A DNA stretch of 64,000 bases from a virus: positions 28,174 to 92,173 of the IMG/VR virus record IMGVR_UViG_3300023117_000010; one strand, given 5' to 3'. The position numbers and the translations under genes were made by a program. The first letter of the stretch is position 1, and the number at the start of each line of letters is the position of its first letter. Shown piece by piece: positions 20,878 through 31,118 of this stretch. The notes under the pieces were generated by a model. It was not told the origin of the DNA. It saw nothing but the letters and a program-made list of their open reading frames with translations, and searched no databases.

Positions 20878-21872
20878 TTTTCTAAAAAGATTTCTTCTTT
20901 TAGTTTATCTACCTGATCTGGGTTTTCCTTAAAAAACTCAACAACTGCATTTCTGCCCTGAAAAGATTTGTCTGCAATGTCATACCAAGCACCACGCTGA
21001 TTAATAACTCCAGATCTAAGACCAACACTAACAATAGATTCAATTATATCTATGCCAACTTCGTTATCTTCTGTTTTAGTATGATATAAATCCCATTCAG
21101 CGTTTCTCTTTGGAGGACTTACTTTTGATTTTGTCACAGTAGCAACTGGCCTAAACCCAATCTCAACTGGTTCAGTTTCGCCGGGAACTTTTGCCTTCTT
21201 GATTCCCTCGCTCTTCCCCTTCTTAACTTGAATAATTACAGCGCAAGCATGATGAAGGGCGTGACCACCCGGAGCGTGTACAATTGGAAGTCCTTGACGA
21301 TTTGCAGTATCTCTAACTTGGTTTAATAATAGACATACTTTTTTAGTTTCAGCAACGCGAGGAAGTAATTGCTTGACCATCTGAGTAATCAACCCAGATT
21401 GTCCATAAGCCTGCTTTTTCCCATCTTCATCTAATTCTCTTTCTGAAGCCATTGCTCCAATGGAGTCTACTACAACTATGTCTAATGCAGGCTCGTTTGC
21501 AAAGTAAACCGCTTGCTTTGCAGTATCTTCTGCTGACTTGGGGGTGCTAACAATTAATCTGTCAGTATCTACTCCAAAATGTCTAGCAAACACAGGATCA
21601 AAAGAGCCTTCAAGATCTACATAGCCAGCATAGCCACCCTTCTTGTGAACTTCAGCAATAGCCATACATGCCATTACGGATTTACCCACACTTTCTGGGC
21701 CAAATACCATCGTAATACCACCTTTAGGGTATCCACCAATTCCTAATGCATAATCAAGAGAAGGGATACCACTTGAAGAGGCTTCTATGTCCACTTTTTG
21801 ACTCGCAATTCTAACATAGTCTGTTCCAAACTCTTTCGTTGCTTTCTTCAATAATTCTTCAACAGCACTCAC
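20874..21872 (-). CDS. recA: RecA-family recombinase
   Basis: LDYALGIGGYPKG, GPESVGKS, VDLE, VVVDS, NQVR, PGGHAL. Confidence 0.95.
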   Translation of the reverse strand: MSAVEELLKKATKEFGTDYVRIASQKVDIEASSSGIPSLDYALGIGGYPKGGITMVFGPESVGKSVMACMAIAEVHKKGGYAGYVDLEGSFDPVFARHFGVDTDRLIVSTPKSAEDTAKQAVYFANEPALDIVVVDSIGAMASERELDEDGKKQAYGQSGLITQMVKQLLPRVAETKKVCLLLNQVRDTANRQGLPIVHAPGGHALHHACAVIIQVKKGKSEGIKKAKVPGETEPVEIGFRPVATVTKSKVSPPKRNAEWDLYHTKTEDNEVGIDIIESIVSVGLRSGVINQRGAWYDIADKSFQGRNAVVEFFKENPDQVDKLKEEIFLEK

Positions 21873-24800
21873 ACAAGTTCCTCCAAATTAGTAAGATTAA
21901 CTCCACGGTTGGTTGATTTAACGCTTGCAATTACCGGAGTACACTCCTGTAGTATATCAGAAAATGCCAATAGATGTTGCTCAAATACCGCAAACTCCAG
22001 AGTCTGATCACCATATTCTAGAGTAACGAAAGCCATATCTTGCCCCTTTTTTGTTTTTAATTCTCTTATTGATTTAATCTCACCCGCAACAATATAATTG
22101 CCCGGAGTTTTTAACTCACCAAAATCAATAACACATTCTTGCTGAATAACTTCTTTATATTTATCCAAGACTTTAGGTGCATCATTAGTTAAAATGATAC
22201 CAAGTAACTCTTTTTCAAATTCTCTTCTTTCTCTTTTTGAAAGTTGTCTTGTTTCAAGAAAATCAAACGCTCCAGCATTAAACAATGCTTTTGCTTTATT
22301 TGCGCCAAGACGCTGCTTAGGAGAAGGACCATCTACTTCACCGTTCTTCTTTTTAGAAAGAAACTCTTTGTTTTGACTTTCTAACAAAGCAAGCATTTGG
22401 TCATAAGATTCAAATGGACGATTCTCAATTACCCATTCTGCGCCCTTTGATACTCCCTTAATATCTTTTAAACCAAGATAAATCTCTCCGTCAATAATAT
22501 CCGTCTGAAACATAGACTTATTAACATCTGGTGGGTTTACTTTAATACCCATACGTTGTGCTTCCGCGATGAAGCGAGGAACATCATCTCTTGTATCTTC
22601 CTTCCGAATACATGCAAGTAAATATTCAGCAGGATACATATATTTAGTCCAAAGAGTCCAAAGAGTGATAATTCCATACGCAACAGAATGTGCTTTATTA
22701 AAGGCATACTTAGAAAACCCAAGAAGTTCGTTCCACAACTCGTTTGCAGACTTTTCATCCATGTTTTGGATGGCCTTTTCCATGTAACGAGGATAGAACT
22801 CTTCCATTTCTTTTACTTTCTTTTTACCCATAATTCGACGCACATCATCTGCCTCTTCAAGAGTAAAACCCATCTTTGTAAACAAAGAGATTACCTGCTC
22901 TTGATATACAAAAACGCCGTATGTATCTTCAACAATGTCTGCAATAAAGGGATGAAGAACTTCATAATCAGTTCCCCCTCTTCTGTCTATATACATATCA
23001 ACATATCCGGCTCTAAGGGGGCCGGGTCGGTTAAGTGCAACAAGCACAGCGAGGTCTTCAATATTTCGACACTTCATATGAGAAGCAATCCTTTTTGCAA
23101 TACCTCCATCTTCTACTTGGAAAACTCCAATAGTTAGACCACGATCTAGAAGATCCCAAAACTTTTTATTCTCTAGATCTTCGTTATGATGTAACTTCTT
23201 GAAATCCCAATCAACATCATGATTTCTTTTAATTAACATCTGTGCTTCTTTAAGAACAGAAAGATTCTTAAGGGCAAGAAAATCTAATTTCATAAACCCA
23301 AGACTTTCAATTTCATGCATATCGAATTGAGTTGCAATTTCGCCATCTTTGCGACCCGCGCTTTTATCTAATCTAAGAGGACAAATAGCAGCAAGAGGTT
23401 CATCGCCAACAACAAAACCACTAGCATGAACACTGCTGGCAAATATTCGACCATGCAAGTCTCCTGCGAGATTAAATAGATCTGGATACTTTGCAATCCA
23501 GCCTTGTAGTTCGCCAACTTCTACAATATCATCCCAATCAGCCATAAGGCCAGCATCTGTAGTTGTATCAACAATGTTTTTAATTTCTTCAATATCTCTA
23601 ATAGGTATTTCTAGAAATTTACCAACCCTTTCTAGGGCAGACTTACCATGCAACTTCATAACAGTGCCGATATGAGTTACACAATCTTCGCCAAAGGTAT
23701 CACGCATAAATTGCTTGATCTTGTCACGATCTTCAATAGCAAAATCTGTATCAATATCAGGCAGACCACCCTTTTCACGACCTTTATTATAAAAGCGCTC
23801 AAAGATAAGTCCATACTTAATTGGATCAATATCTGTAATCCCAAGAAGATATGCGACAAGGCTGCCGCCTACAGAACCACGACCCGGACCTCTAAGAACA
23901 TCGCTATTTTCAGCATATTCATTAACAAGATGTTCAATCAAAAAGAAATCAGACAGTTCTGCTTCAAAAATAGCGTCAAGTTCTTTTTCAACTCTTTGCA
24001 TGTAAATACTTTCAGTATCTAATTCTGACACCTTCTGATAATAACCTTCTTCTACAAGACCAACCAGTTTTGAAGGACCGTCTTGCCCCCAAGTTGGAAT
24101 TCTTTTTCTTTTCATTGGAAGTTCAACTTCACTCATTTCAGCAATAATATGAGTATTATTAATTGACTCTTCAACCACACTTTTTGGAAGGTAGTTTAAA
24201 GATTCACGAATCCCATCTTCATCCATGATCCACATGCAAGGTGGGTGATTTCTATCTACTTCTGAAATCTTCTTTCTCATTGACATATTGACAAATGCTT
24301 CGTGATTATGATATTGATCACCACAAGCATAATGAGCATCAGTAGCATAGACAAAAGGAATCCCCTTCTTTTGTCCAAGACGTACTAATTCAGTATTTAC
24401 TTCTCTTTGATTATCACTGTCATATGTATGAAGTTCTATGTAAAATTTATCATCAAAAATATTTAAATATTGATCTAATATTGACTCTGCATTTGCTTCT
24501 TCAAGAATGGCAGAAGATACTTTACCGCCCATACAAGCAGAAGTCAGAATAAGCCCCTCTTTGTGTTGTTCAAGAATCTCCCAGTCAACGCGAGGCTTAT
24601 GATAAAACCCCTCAAGGTATGCGCGAGTTGATAGTGTCCAAAGATTATTAACGCCTTCTTGATTATAAGCAAGAATAATCAAATGACTTCTATCATTTTT
24701 TGGACGATTACCTTTAAGATCAGATTTGTGATGATTTAATCTGCTATCTCTAGCCTGATACGACTCAATACCGAGGATTGGCTTTATTCCACGCTCTGTT

Positions 24801-24958
24801 GCTTTTCTATAAAACTCCACATGCCCAGCCACAGTTCCATGATCAGTTAATGCAACAGCGTTAGAACCAATCTCTTGAACACGATCAAGAATTTCTTCTA
24901 CTGTTGCATAACCATCAAAAATAGAATAATGGCTGTGTTGATGAAGTGGTACGGCCAA
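21869..24958 (-). CDS. dnaE: DNA polymerase III alpha subunit (PHP + C-family polymerase + OB fold)
   Basis: LHQHSHYS, TDHG, GPGRGS, PDIDTDF, KLDFL, YAFNKAH; no intein. Confidence 0.96.
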   Translation of the reverse strand: MAVPLHQHSHYSIFDGYATVEEILDRVQEIGSNAVALTDHGTVAGHVEFYRKATERGIKPILGIESYQARDSRLNHHKSDLKGNRPKNDRSHLIILAYNQEGVNNLWTLSTRAYLEGFYHKPRVDWEILEQHKEGLILTSACMGGKVSSAILEEANAESILDQYLNIFDDKFYIELHTYDSDNQREVNTELVRLGQKKGIPFVYATDAHYACGDQYHNHEAFVNMSMRKKISEVDRNHPPCMWIMDEDGIRESLNYLPKSVVEESINNTHIIAEMSEVELPMKRKRIPTWGQDGPSKLVGLVEEGYYQKVSELDTESIYMQRVEKELDAIFEAELSDFFLIEHLVNEYAENSDVLRGPGRGSVGGSLVAYLLGITDIDPIKYGLIFERFYNKGREKGGLPDIDTDFAIEDRDKIKQFMRDTFGEDCVTHIGTVMKLHGKSALERVGKFLEIPIRDIEEIKNIVDTTTDAGLMADWDDIVEVGELQGWIAKYPDLFNLAGDLHGRIFASSVHASGFVVGDEPLAAICPLRLDKSAGRKDGEIATQFDMHEIESLGFMKLDFLALKNLSVLKEAQMLIKRNHDVDWDFKKLHHNEDLENKKFWDLLDRGLTIGVFQVEDGGIAKRIASHMKCRNIEDLAVLVALNRPGPLRAGYVDMYIDRRGGTDYEVLHPFIADIVEDTYGVFVYQEQVISLFTKMGFTLEEADDVRRIMGKKKVKEMEEFYPRYMEKAIQNMDEKSANELWNELLGFSKYAFNKAHSVAYGIITLWTLWTKYMYPAEYLLACIRKEDTRDDVPRFIAEAQRMGIKVNPPDVNKSMFQTDIIDGEIYLGLKDIKGVSKGAEWVIENRPFESYDQMLALLESQNKEFLSKKKNGEVDGPSPKQRLGANKAKALFNAGAFDFLETRQLSKRERREFEKELLGIILTNDAPKVLDKYKEVIQQECVIDFGELKTPGNYIVAGEIKSIRELKTKKGQDMAFVTLEYGDQTLEFAVFEQHLLAFSDILQECTPVIASVKSTNRGVNLTNLEELV

Positions 24959-24966
24959 GTTTTCTC

Positions 24967-25509
24967 CTAGATATTAGTTATTGGGATTGGATCACCTTGA
25001 CTCTTGCGAGCCTCTTTAGCAAGTTTATCACAATAATCGTTTAACTTATCACCACTATGGGCTTTTACTTTTATAAACTCAACATCGTTTATATTCAACA
25101 AATAAATTAACTCTTTCCAAAGAACGGCATTTGGTGTAGCCAATCCATTTCTTTTAACCCAATTATTTTTTTCCCAGTCTTTCCACCAAGAATTTTTAAG
25201 GGTGTTAATCATATAAGCAGAATCAGAGTAAAGTTCTATTTGACACTTTTGATTTACAAGAGACTTTATGCCCTCAATTGCTGCTTTAAGTTCCATGCTG
25301 TTATTTGTAGCACCAATCTCATAGCCATAGTTTTGGTTAATAAAGCCTTCTTCGCCTAAAATAATATAAGCCCAACCACCTTCATTGGTAACATGCGAAG
25401 AAGAACCGTCTGTATATAAATAGTAGAGGGGGAGGTCTTGCCTCCCCCTCTTTTTGTTTTTACTTTGCTGCTGCTTGTCGCTTAATCCGTTCGAAAGCAG
25501 ATTCTGCAT
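24967..25509 (-). CDS. rnhA: ribonuclease HI (start uncertain, overlaps ssb 3' end)
   Basis: YTDGSS, TNNSMELKA, YSDSAY, KVKAHSG..LN..CDKLA. Confidence 0.9.
   Translation of the reverse strand: MQNLLSNGLSDKQQQSKNKKRGRQDLPLYYLYTDGSSSHVTNEGGWAYIILGEEGFINQNYGYEIGATNNSMELKAAIEGIKSLVNQKCQIELYSDSAYMINTLKNSWWKDWEKNNWVKRNGLATPNAVLWKELIYLLNINDVEFIKVKAHSGDKLNDYCDKLAKEARKSQGDPIPITNI
25425..25461 (+). terminator. strong hairpin with + strand T-tract, inside the rnhA reading frame
   Basis: AGAGGGGGAGG-TCTTG-CCTCCCCCTCT then TTTTGTTTTT. Confidence 0.65.
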
Positions 25510-26311
25510 CCTCTTCTGCTTCTGCGTTTTCCTTCTTGCGGATTGGACCACTATTATTCTCTTCCTTGTTTACATACATTTGCTTTTGAGTTTGCCAAAG
25601 GTCTTCGTTTCCAAGATACATCTCATACCTCTCCTTAGAACCAAGTCCTTCAAGAATCTCATTAATTGAGGGAATGTTTATATCACGATAGTCAATCAAT
25701 TCTGCCTTATCAACTTCATACCCATGATAAGTTGTTGACTGATCTGCTCCTTCACGAATGATCTTCCAAGGATTGGCAGTAATAGGGCCAATCTGATCAC
25801 TGTGGCTAGTGAACTGCTGCCAGAAGTTTTGAGCAGCCTGAAATACAACGACGTACTCAGGGAAAAAGATTTCTGTACCATCCTTAGTAGTATACTCATT
25901 TCCACGAATGTTAAAAGAAGCAATATCTGAAATTCTTTTAGTTGACGCAGATGAATCGTATACAGGATCAAGCAATACCGCTACAGCAGCAAAATTTTCC
26001 TTCGGAACGTGACCAATCTTGTCACAAAGAATACAGGAACCATCTCCATCATCCCAAGCATCCATCTTGCGACAGGCAAAATCACGATAACCCGTCTTTG
26101 TTTCTCCATTCTGTTCCCAAGAAACCTTCACATAACGGTGAAGGCTCACTAGAGGCACTTCATCAATATCAGTAAAAAATTGAAGGAAAGCCTCTTCTCC
26201 ATCCTTAAGGGAAAGGAAGGGAACAAAGTCAGTTGCACGATGGGTTCTTGCACCACCGCCACCTTGACTCTTCTGCTTAATCAAATCACTACCTGTTTTA
26301 AATGTCGGCAT
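25460..26311 (-). CDS. putative single-stranded DNA-binding protein (gp32-like, Zn-binding)
   Basis: position in replication module; H/C ligands (LHRY, FAC, CILC); acidic C-terminal tail. Confidence 0.7.
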   Translation of the reverse strand: MPTFKTGSDLIKQKSQGGGGARTHRATDFVPFLSLKDGEEAFLQFFTDIDEVPLVSLHRYVKVSWEQNGETKTGYRDFACRKMDAWDDGDGSCILCDKIGHVPKENFAAVAVLLDPVYDSSASTKRISDIASFNIRGNEYTTKDGTEIFFPEYVVVFQAAQNFWQQFTSHSDQIGPITANPWKIIREGADQSTTYHGYEVDKAELIDYRDINIPSINEILEGLGSKERYEMYLGNEDLWQTQKQMYVNKEENNSGPIRKKENAEAEEDAESAFERIKRQAAAK

Positions 26312-26354
26312 TATGTCTCACTTTCTTTCGTGTTTTTGACTTGCCATAAAACAT

Positions 26355-26363
26355 ATTATATCA
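26355..26363 (-). promoter_or_regulatory. extended -10 promoter TGATATAAT upstream of ssb
   Basis: same 9-mer recurs in other intergenic gaps. Confidence 0.6.
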
Positions 26364-26366
26364 AAT

Positions 26367-26522
26367 TTATTCTTTATTTTCATTTAATTCTTTATTAAGT
26401 TCTTCTTTTTCTTCCTTAGTCAATTGATCATAATTTACTTTACCAACTCTTCTAAAGTAATTTTGAACTTTTTCAGTTTTGACTGTAAGAGATTCAGAAT
26501 TTGTAAACTTTGTAAAAGCCAT
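26367..26522 (-). CDS. hypothetical protein, 51 aa (MAFTKFTN...)
   Basis: GGAGG SD and TAATG overlap with primase stop. Confidence 0.6.
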   Translation of the reverse strand: MAFTKFTNSESLTVKTEKVQNYFRRVGKVNYDQLTKEEKEELNKELNENKE

Positions 26523-27499
26523 TATTTCCTCCAGTGGACGTAATATTCTGCTTTGTTCAAATACTTCTCCCACTCATCGTAGGGGATATCAGCAGGGTCG
26601 CCCTTCGGTACTTCAACAGGAGGGACTATATAAACTTCGCAATAGTCCTTCAGATAATTAAGTGCCGTTAAAGTGGCTTTTGCTCCTGCTTCATCGTTAT
26701 CAAACCATAAAAATATATTCTTATAGTCCCACAACAAAGACATTTGCTCTTCTGTTATTGAAGCCCCAAAAGTGGCTACAACATTATGATAACCAACACC
26801 CCACATTATTGCAGCCGTCTTTGGTGACTCAACAACAATTATATAATCTGTATCATTATTGCATTTACAATCTTTATGATAAAGGGTAGTTGCCTTTGGA
26901 AAATCAAGAGTATTTATATACTTTGCTCTTTTTGTTCCGCTCAAATCTCTCGTTTGCCAACCGACAATTTGATTATTAACCATATGAGGGAAAATAACAC
27001 CGTCTTGCTTTTCATCATAGGTAATCATAAAATGCTCTATTGCCTCGTCTGTTAAACCTTGGGTATACATCCACGGATGCTTTTTATTTTCGTGTGATAT
27101 TTTATAAAAAGGAAGTTCTCTTTTCCCAATAGTTTTTCTTGGAGGCTCTTCTTCTAAAACTCTAGCAAGAAGTTCTTCTTTATCCCAATCATCATCAAGT
27201 ATATTAAAATAATTAGATTCAATCCATTTTTCCGATTCATCATAAGAATCGAATCCTTTGATTTGATAAACCATATTAACAATGTTTCCACCGCCACATG
27301 CAAAACAGTGGTACAAACCATACTTATTAGAAGTTGGATTAATGTTTATACTAAAACTTGGATTACTATCATCATGAAAAGGACAACGGCACCATAGTTC
27401 GCCGCGAGAGTCTTCATAAAACTCTTCGTCAGGAAGGATATCTTTAACAATATTTTCTACCGGGATTTTATTCCGATGCTCTTGAAACAACCGGGCCAT
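26522..27499 (-). CDS. dnaG: DNA primase (CHC2 zinc finger + TOPRIM)
   Basis: CPFHDDSNPSF..CFACG; VVES; FDNDEAG; DP. Confidence 0.9.
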   Translation of the reverse strand: MARLFQEHRNKIPVENIVKDILPDEEFYEDSRGELWCRCPFHDDSNPSFSININPTSNKYGLYHCFACGGGNIVNMVYQIKGFDSYDESEKWIESNYFNILDDDWDKEELLARVLEEEPPRKTIGKRELPFYKISHENKKHPWMYTQGLTDEAIEHFMITYDEKQDGVIFPHMVNNQIVGWQTRDLSGTKRAKYINTLDFPKATTLYHKDCKCNNDTDYIIVVESPKTAAIMWGVGYHNVVATFGASITEEQMSLLWDYKNIFLWFDNDEAGAKATLTALNYLKDYCEVYIVPPVEVPKGDPADIPYDEWEKYLNKAEYYVHWRK

Positions 27500-28709
27500 T
27501 GAATGTAAATTCTGTTTTGTTTTGCAAGTTTATCTTTATACCCCACATAGCGTTACTTTTACAGTATCTTCCTTCAAGGATTCTCATTCTTACCATATTC
27601 AAATCTGCTTCGTCCTCATTTCTATGAAGAGCAATAAGAAGATCTGCTGTTTCTTCAATTGAACGAGACAAACCGATCTTATCTGCGCCAGCAAGATCTT
27701 CTACTTGAGCGGCTTCACGATTAAACTGACAAACACAAATATATGGAATTTCTTGTTTTGTAGCAGCAACCTTCATTGCATGAACAATTGACTTGGTATT
27801 CTCGTCTGTTCTGCCAGAGTTATTTTCTGGATGGACAAAAGAAAGTTGATCAACTAGAACAACATCGGCATCTACCTTAGTTGATTCAAGAACAAAATTC
27901 GAAACCTTACGCTCTTCAAATCCGGGGTGAACAATATAAGCGGGACCAAGAGCATTGAACTCTTCCATTGCTGTTTCAATCTTTTTCCATTCTGAAGGCA
28001 TCAATGAATTCTTTACCATCCTGCTATAACTTACTCCACTTACCATGCACATCAAACGCTTATACATATCTTTTTCAGTGAGTTCTAGAGTAAATAAGAT
28101 CGGCACAAGCCCTTGTCTTCTCTGTTCAACAAAAGCATTTAGTAAAAACCAAGACTTAAATCTTTTAGGACGAGCCACAAAGAATGTTAGATGGCCCGGG
28201 CCTGCGCCACCTGTATGCTCATCAACATCCGGGAATCCATATGTAGCGCCTTGCTCGCTATTTTCAGCAGACTGCTTAAACTCTTCAATAACCTCTTTAT
28301 AGTCTTCAGAAGAAAGAATATGCTTCTTACTGCTTACTTGTGACCACATATTGTGAGCATTAGAGATTAGAGTTTCAACAAAATGCTCTGGCTCTCTAGC
28401 GTCTGCCAAGTCATTAAGAATAGACTTATGACGAGAACGGATAAACCTCTCCTTAAGTTTATCCGCAAGAAAAGCAGGCTCTACGCTTGGGCCTGTCTTT
28501 TGGATATTCTCAAACTCGTAATCAATAACCTTTTCATTAGGTGGAGTTCCATACTCTGTTAGATAGTTAAAGATGAATTGTACAAATGGTTTCAGGTTGG
28601 TATCTCTAACCATATGAGGACCAACACCAGCATTCTTAAGTTCAATAAGGTTTTCTGGAACTAGAATTTGTTGAACAAGTTCGTTATCAAGATCAATTCT
28701 ATCACTCAT
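27468..28709 (-). CDS. dnaB: DnaB-like replicative helicase
   Basis: ARPKRFKS (variant Walker A), FTLE, VLVDQL, QFNR, IEETAD. Confidence 0.85.
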   Translation of the reverse strand: MSDRIDLDNELVQQILVPENLIELKNAGVGPHMVRDTNLKPFVQFIFNYLTEYGTPPNEKVIDYEFENIQKTGPSVEPAFLADKLKERFIRSRHKSILNDLADAREPEHFVETLISNAHNMWSQVSSKKHILSSEDYKEVIEEFKQSAENSEQGATYGFPDVDEHTGGAGPGHLTFFVARPKRFKSWFLLNAFVEQRRQGLVPILFTLELTEKDMYKRLMCMVSGVSYSRMVKNSLMPSEWKKIETAMEEFNALGPAYIVHPGFEERKVSNFVLESTKVDADVVLVDQLSFVHPENNSGRTDENTKSIVHAMKVAATKQEIPYICVCQFNREAAQVEDLAGADKIGLSRSIEETADLLIALHRNEDEADLNMVRMRILEGRYCKSNAMWGIKINLQNKTEFTFNGPVVSRASE

Positions 28710-29482
28710 CGAATGGGCCTTACCTCTTTGTTTGTAATTAACATATCAACTATATCTTTTGCTTGTGATGCTCTAACATCTGAACCAGAAACTTGTATCG
28801 GAATCTGAACCATATTCAGTAGACTCCATACTCTAGGATACCATTTTTCATGCTGTTCTGTATCCAAGTTCGTGCCAATAAGCGTTGGCAAAGAGTTTTC
28901 TACTCTGTATCTTATCACACTTTCGTATACTTCAGAAAAATATTCGTGCTGACGAGAAGACATAGGTTCAATAACCTCATCAAGTGCAAAAATTTCAGCA
29001 GAACGAACGTTGTTCATTAAATACTTCTTACTATCCACTTCAGAGTATTGGGTAACAACGTTTGTAAAGGAATCAAACCAAGCCTTATAACCTTCTTTGA
29101 TAAGAGACTTGAGTATAAGTATTTGAGCAAACGTTTTGCCTGTTCCTAGTGGTCCATAAAAAGTTACACCACGGCCATATCTTGCATTAGAATCAAAGTT
29201 TTCTATGTACTCTTCCAAGAAGAGTCTAAGATCATCTTTTTCTTCATATAGATCATCAAAAGAAAGAGAATGATATCTGATCCCGATATTTGCATAAAGA
29301 TAATGTCTTCTTAGGCCCCTCTGAACATCACAATCACATATATGTTCTTCACCTTCGAAAACATACTTTTCATTATCATTACAAGTTGGGCAAACATTTG
29401 CTGTCGCTCTTAAAGTGGGGAATCTTTCCCAAAGATTCTCATATTCACTGTTTGAAATATTTCTCCATACTATATTAGTCAA
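28706..29482 (-). CDS. DnaC/IstB-like helicase loader ATPase
   Basis: CPTC..CDC, GPLGTGKT, ALDE, R..N..PT..GTN. Confidence 0.8.
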   Translation of the reverse strand: MTNIVWRNISNSEYENLWERFPTLRATANVCPTCNDNEKYVFEGEEHICDCDVQRGLRRHYLYANIGIRYHSLSFDDLYEEKDDLRLFLEEYIENFDSNARYGRGVTFYGPLGTGKTFAQILILKSLIKEGYKAWFDSFTNVVTQYSEVDSKKYLMNNVRSAEIFALDEVIEPMSSRQHEYFSEVYESVIRYRVENSLPTLIGTNLDTEQHEKWYPRVWSLLNMVQIPIQVSGSDVRASQAKDIVDMLITNKEVRPIR

Positions 29483-29951
29483 TTGTTATTATCTTCTCCT
29501 TAAGATAAAACTCTTTAATTGCATTCTTAATACATCTGTCCATATAGAAAGAAAAAGTATCCTCTTCTTTTTTATAAGGCAGATAATATATCTTATCATA
29601 CCACAAAGAGTCTAGTGCTATTCTACCCATCGCCATCATATGCCATAAAATATCAAATTTTTTCTCTGTATCTTCTATAAGAGTTGCTTTATATGCAAAA
29701 TGACAATATGTATATAGTGGCCCGGCTGTTATTATATAATCTTCTTTTTCATATTTATATTCCTTAAGAAGAACATCTCCAGCGAATATAAAATCTGTTC
29801 TATAATCACTAAATTGACCTAATGCAAGATCAGTCTTTTTTACAAATTTTTGAGGAAGCCGATCTAAGATTTTTAAATTTCTTTCTTGACTTATTTTTTT
29901 AGCCATCTTACTTTTTCCGCTTCCGGGCGCACCTAACATTAAAATCTTCAT
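29475..29951 (-). CDS. P-loop nucleotide kinase-like protein
   Basis: MKILMLGAPGSGKS N-terminal Walker A; YDKIYYLP. Confidence 0.7.
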   Translation of the reverse strand: MKILMLGAPGSGKSKMAKKISQERNLKILDRLPQKFVKKTDLALGQFSDYRTDFIFAGDVLLKEYKYEKEDYIITAGPLYTYCHFAYKATLIEDTEKKFDILWHMMAMGRIALDSLWYDKIYYLPYKKEEDTFSFYMDRCIKNAIKEFYLKEKIITID

Positions 29952-30481
29952 TAGTCTTCTTTTTTCCTTGATTTAGAAACAACAAAAGAAACAGAAGGCT
30001 TATCCATTTTAATAGTTTCTTCTAACACATTAAGAAATTCTGGATTTTCTTCCAATCTTTGATTGATTTTTTCTTCGTTTATTTCAGGAACCATCATTAC
30101 AATATCTGAAAAGATTTCTGGATAGCCTTTTTGTAATTCCCAAAGGTCTACCCTAACCTTTCCTTTTGATATTCTTCGATAAGCCTGCCCTCCATCTGAA
30201 AATTCCATCTTTTTAGGAACAAACTCATCTTTCTCTTTTATTGTAGCAGTTCTATTGTCTTCATTAATTTTTACAATTTCATATGAAGGAAATCTTCCTT
30301 CAAGATATGAATTTGTATTTTCTACAAACTCTGGAATAAAAACAACTTTAATTTCAGCATCTCTTGCTGAATCTACCAATTCTTCAAGTTCTTTTTTAAA
30401 TGTTTTTATTTCTTTATCAATTTCAGATTTTTTATCTTGAAGTTCTTTGATTTTTTCGTAAATATCATTTTGTTCACTCAT
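29951..30481 (-). CDS. hypothetical protein (MSEQND...), N-terminal coiled coil
   Basis: GGAGG SD; ORF. Confidence 0.65.
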   Translation of the reverse strand: MSEQNDIYEKIKELQDKKSEIDKEIKTFKKELEELVDSARDAEIKVVFIPEFVENTNSYLEGRFPSYEIVKINEDNRTATIKEKDEFVPKKMEFSDGGQAYRRISKGKVRVDLWELQKGYPEIFSDIVMMVPEINEEKINQRLEENPEFLNVLEETIKMDKPSVSFVVSKSRKKED

Positions 30482-30662
30482 AATCTTCCTCCAAAATTTT
30501 TTTAACATGAGAACAAGTTCCATTAAAGCGAAACCCCCGGCAATCACAAAAAGGATCGCACAAGGGGTAGCCTATACCTACAACTGTATATACGTTTCCT
30601 CTTGGAGAAACGACTTTTACTTCATTTGGATAATCTTCAATTATTTTCGGTTTTTGATTCAA
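30474..30662 (-). CDS. SWIM zinc-finger protein
   Basis: YTV...CDCRGFRFNGTCSHV. Confidence 0.7.
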   Translation of the reverse strand: MNQKPKIIEDYPNEVKVVSPRGNVYTVVGIGYPLCDPFCDCRGFRFNGTCSHVKKILEEDYE

Positions 30663-31014
30663 GTACAGTCTCTTTATAAGATTCGTATTTTACATTAATA
30701 TGTTTTAAATATTCTTGCATAAGCGTAATTAATCTGAAAGTTATAATTTGACTAACAATATCATGTAAATTATATTTTCCACCTTGTTCAAATTCAACTA
30801 TATCATACATCATATCTTTATCTTCTACAACAACATCAAGTAAATTTACTTGTTCTATAATTTCAGATTCAAACAAAGCCCCAACAGCAATATCTAAAAG
30901 CACATTAAATTTAACTGGAAGGTCTATTTGTTTAGAGTTCAACAAGTTTTCTAACGTAGTGAGAGTTTTTTTTGAAATTTCAAATAAAGTTTTTTGTTCT
31001 ATTATTTCACTCAT
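30637..31014 (-). CDS. hypothetical protein (MSEIIEQ...)
   Basis: start overlapping stop of the upstream mini-ORF. Confidence 0.55.
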   Translation of the reverse strand: MSEIIEQKTLFEISKKTLTTLENLLNSKQIDLPVKFNVLLDIAVGALFESEIIEQVNLLDVVVEDKDMMYDIVEFEQGGKYNLHDIVSQIITFRLITLMQEYLKHINVKYESYKETVLESKTENN

Positions 31015-31117
31015 CTTCTTCCCAAAAAAGGTCTTCAAATGGACAGTCTGTATTGCCACAGTACATTGGATTTAATTCATTACACTTGGAGCAAACAATA
31101 CTGTTTTGATCGTTCAT
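31007..31117 (-). CDS. 36-aa mini zinc-finger protein MNDQNSIVCSKCNELNPMYCGNTDCPFEDLFWEEDE
   Basis: GGAGG SD; four Cys; fills gap; translated by hand. Confidence 0.55.
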   Translation of the reverse strand: MNDQNSIVCSKCNELNPMYCGNTDCPFEDLFWEEDE

Positions 31118-31118
31118 T

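Noticed and set aside
15493-24958. Inteins or introns in terL, dnaE or recA (also nrdJ)
   Set aside because: Lengths are normal and no splicing or homing-endonuclease motifs are seen.
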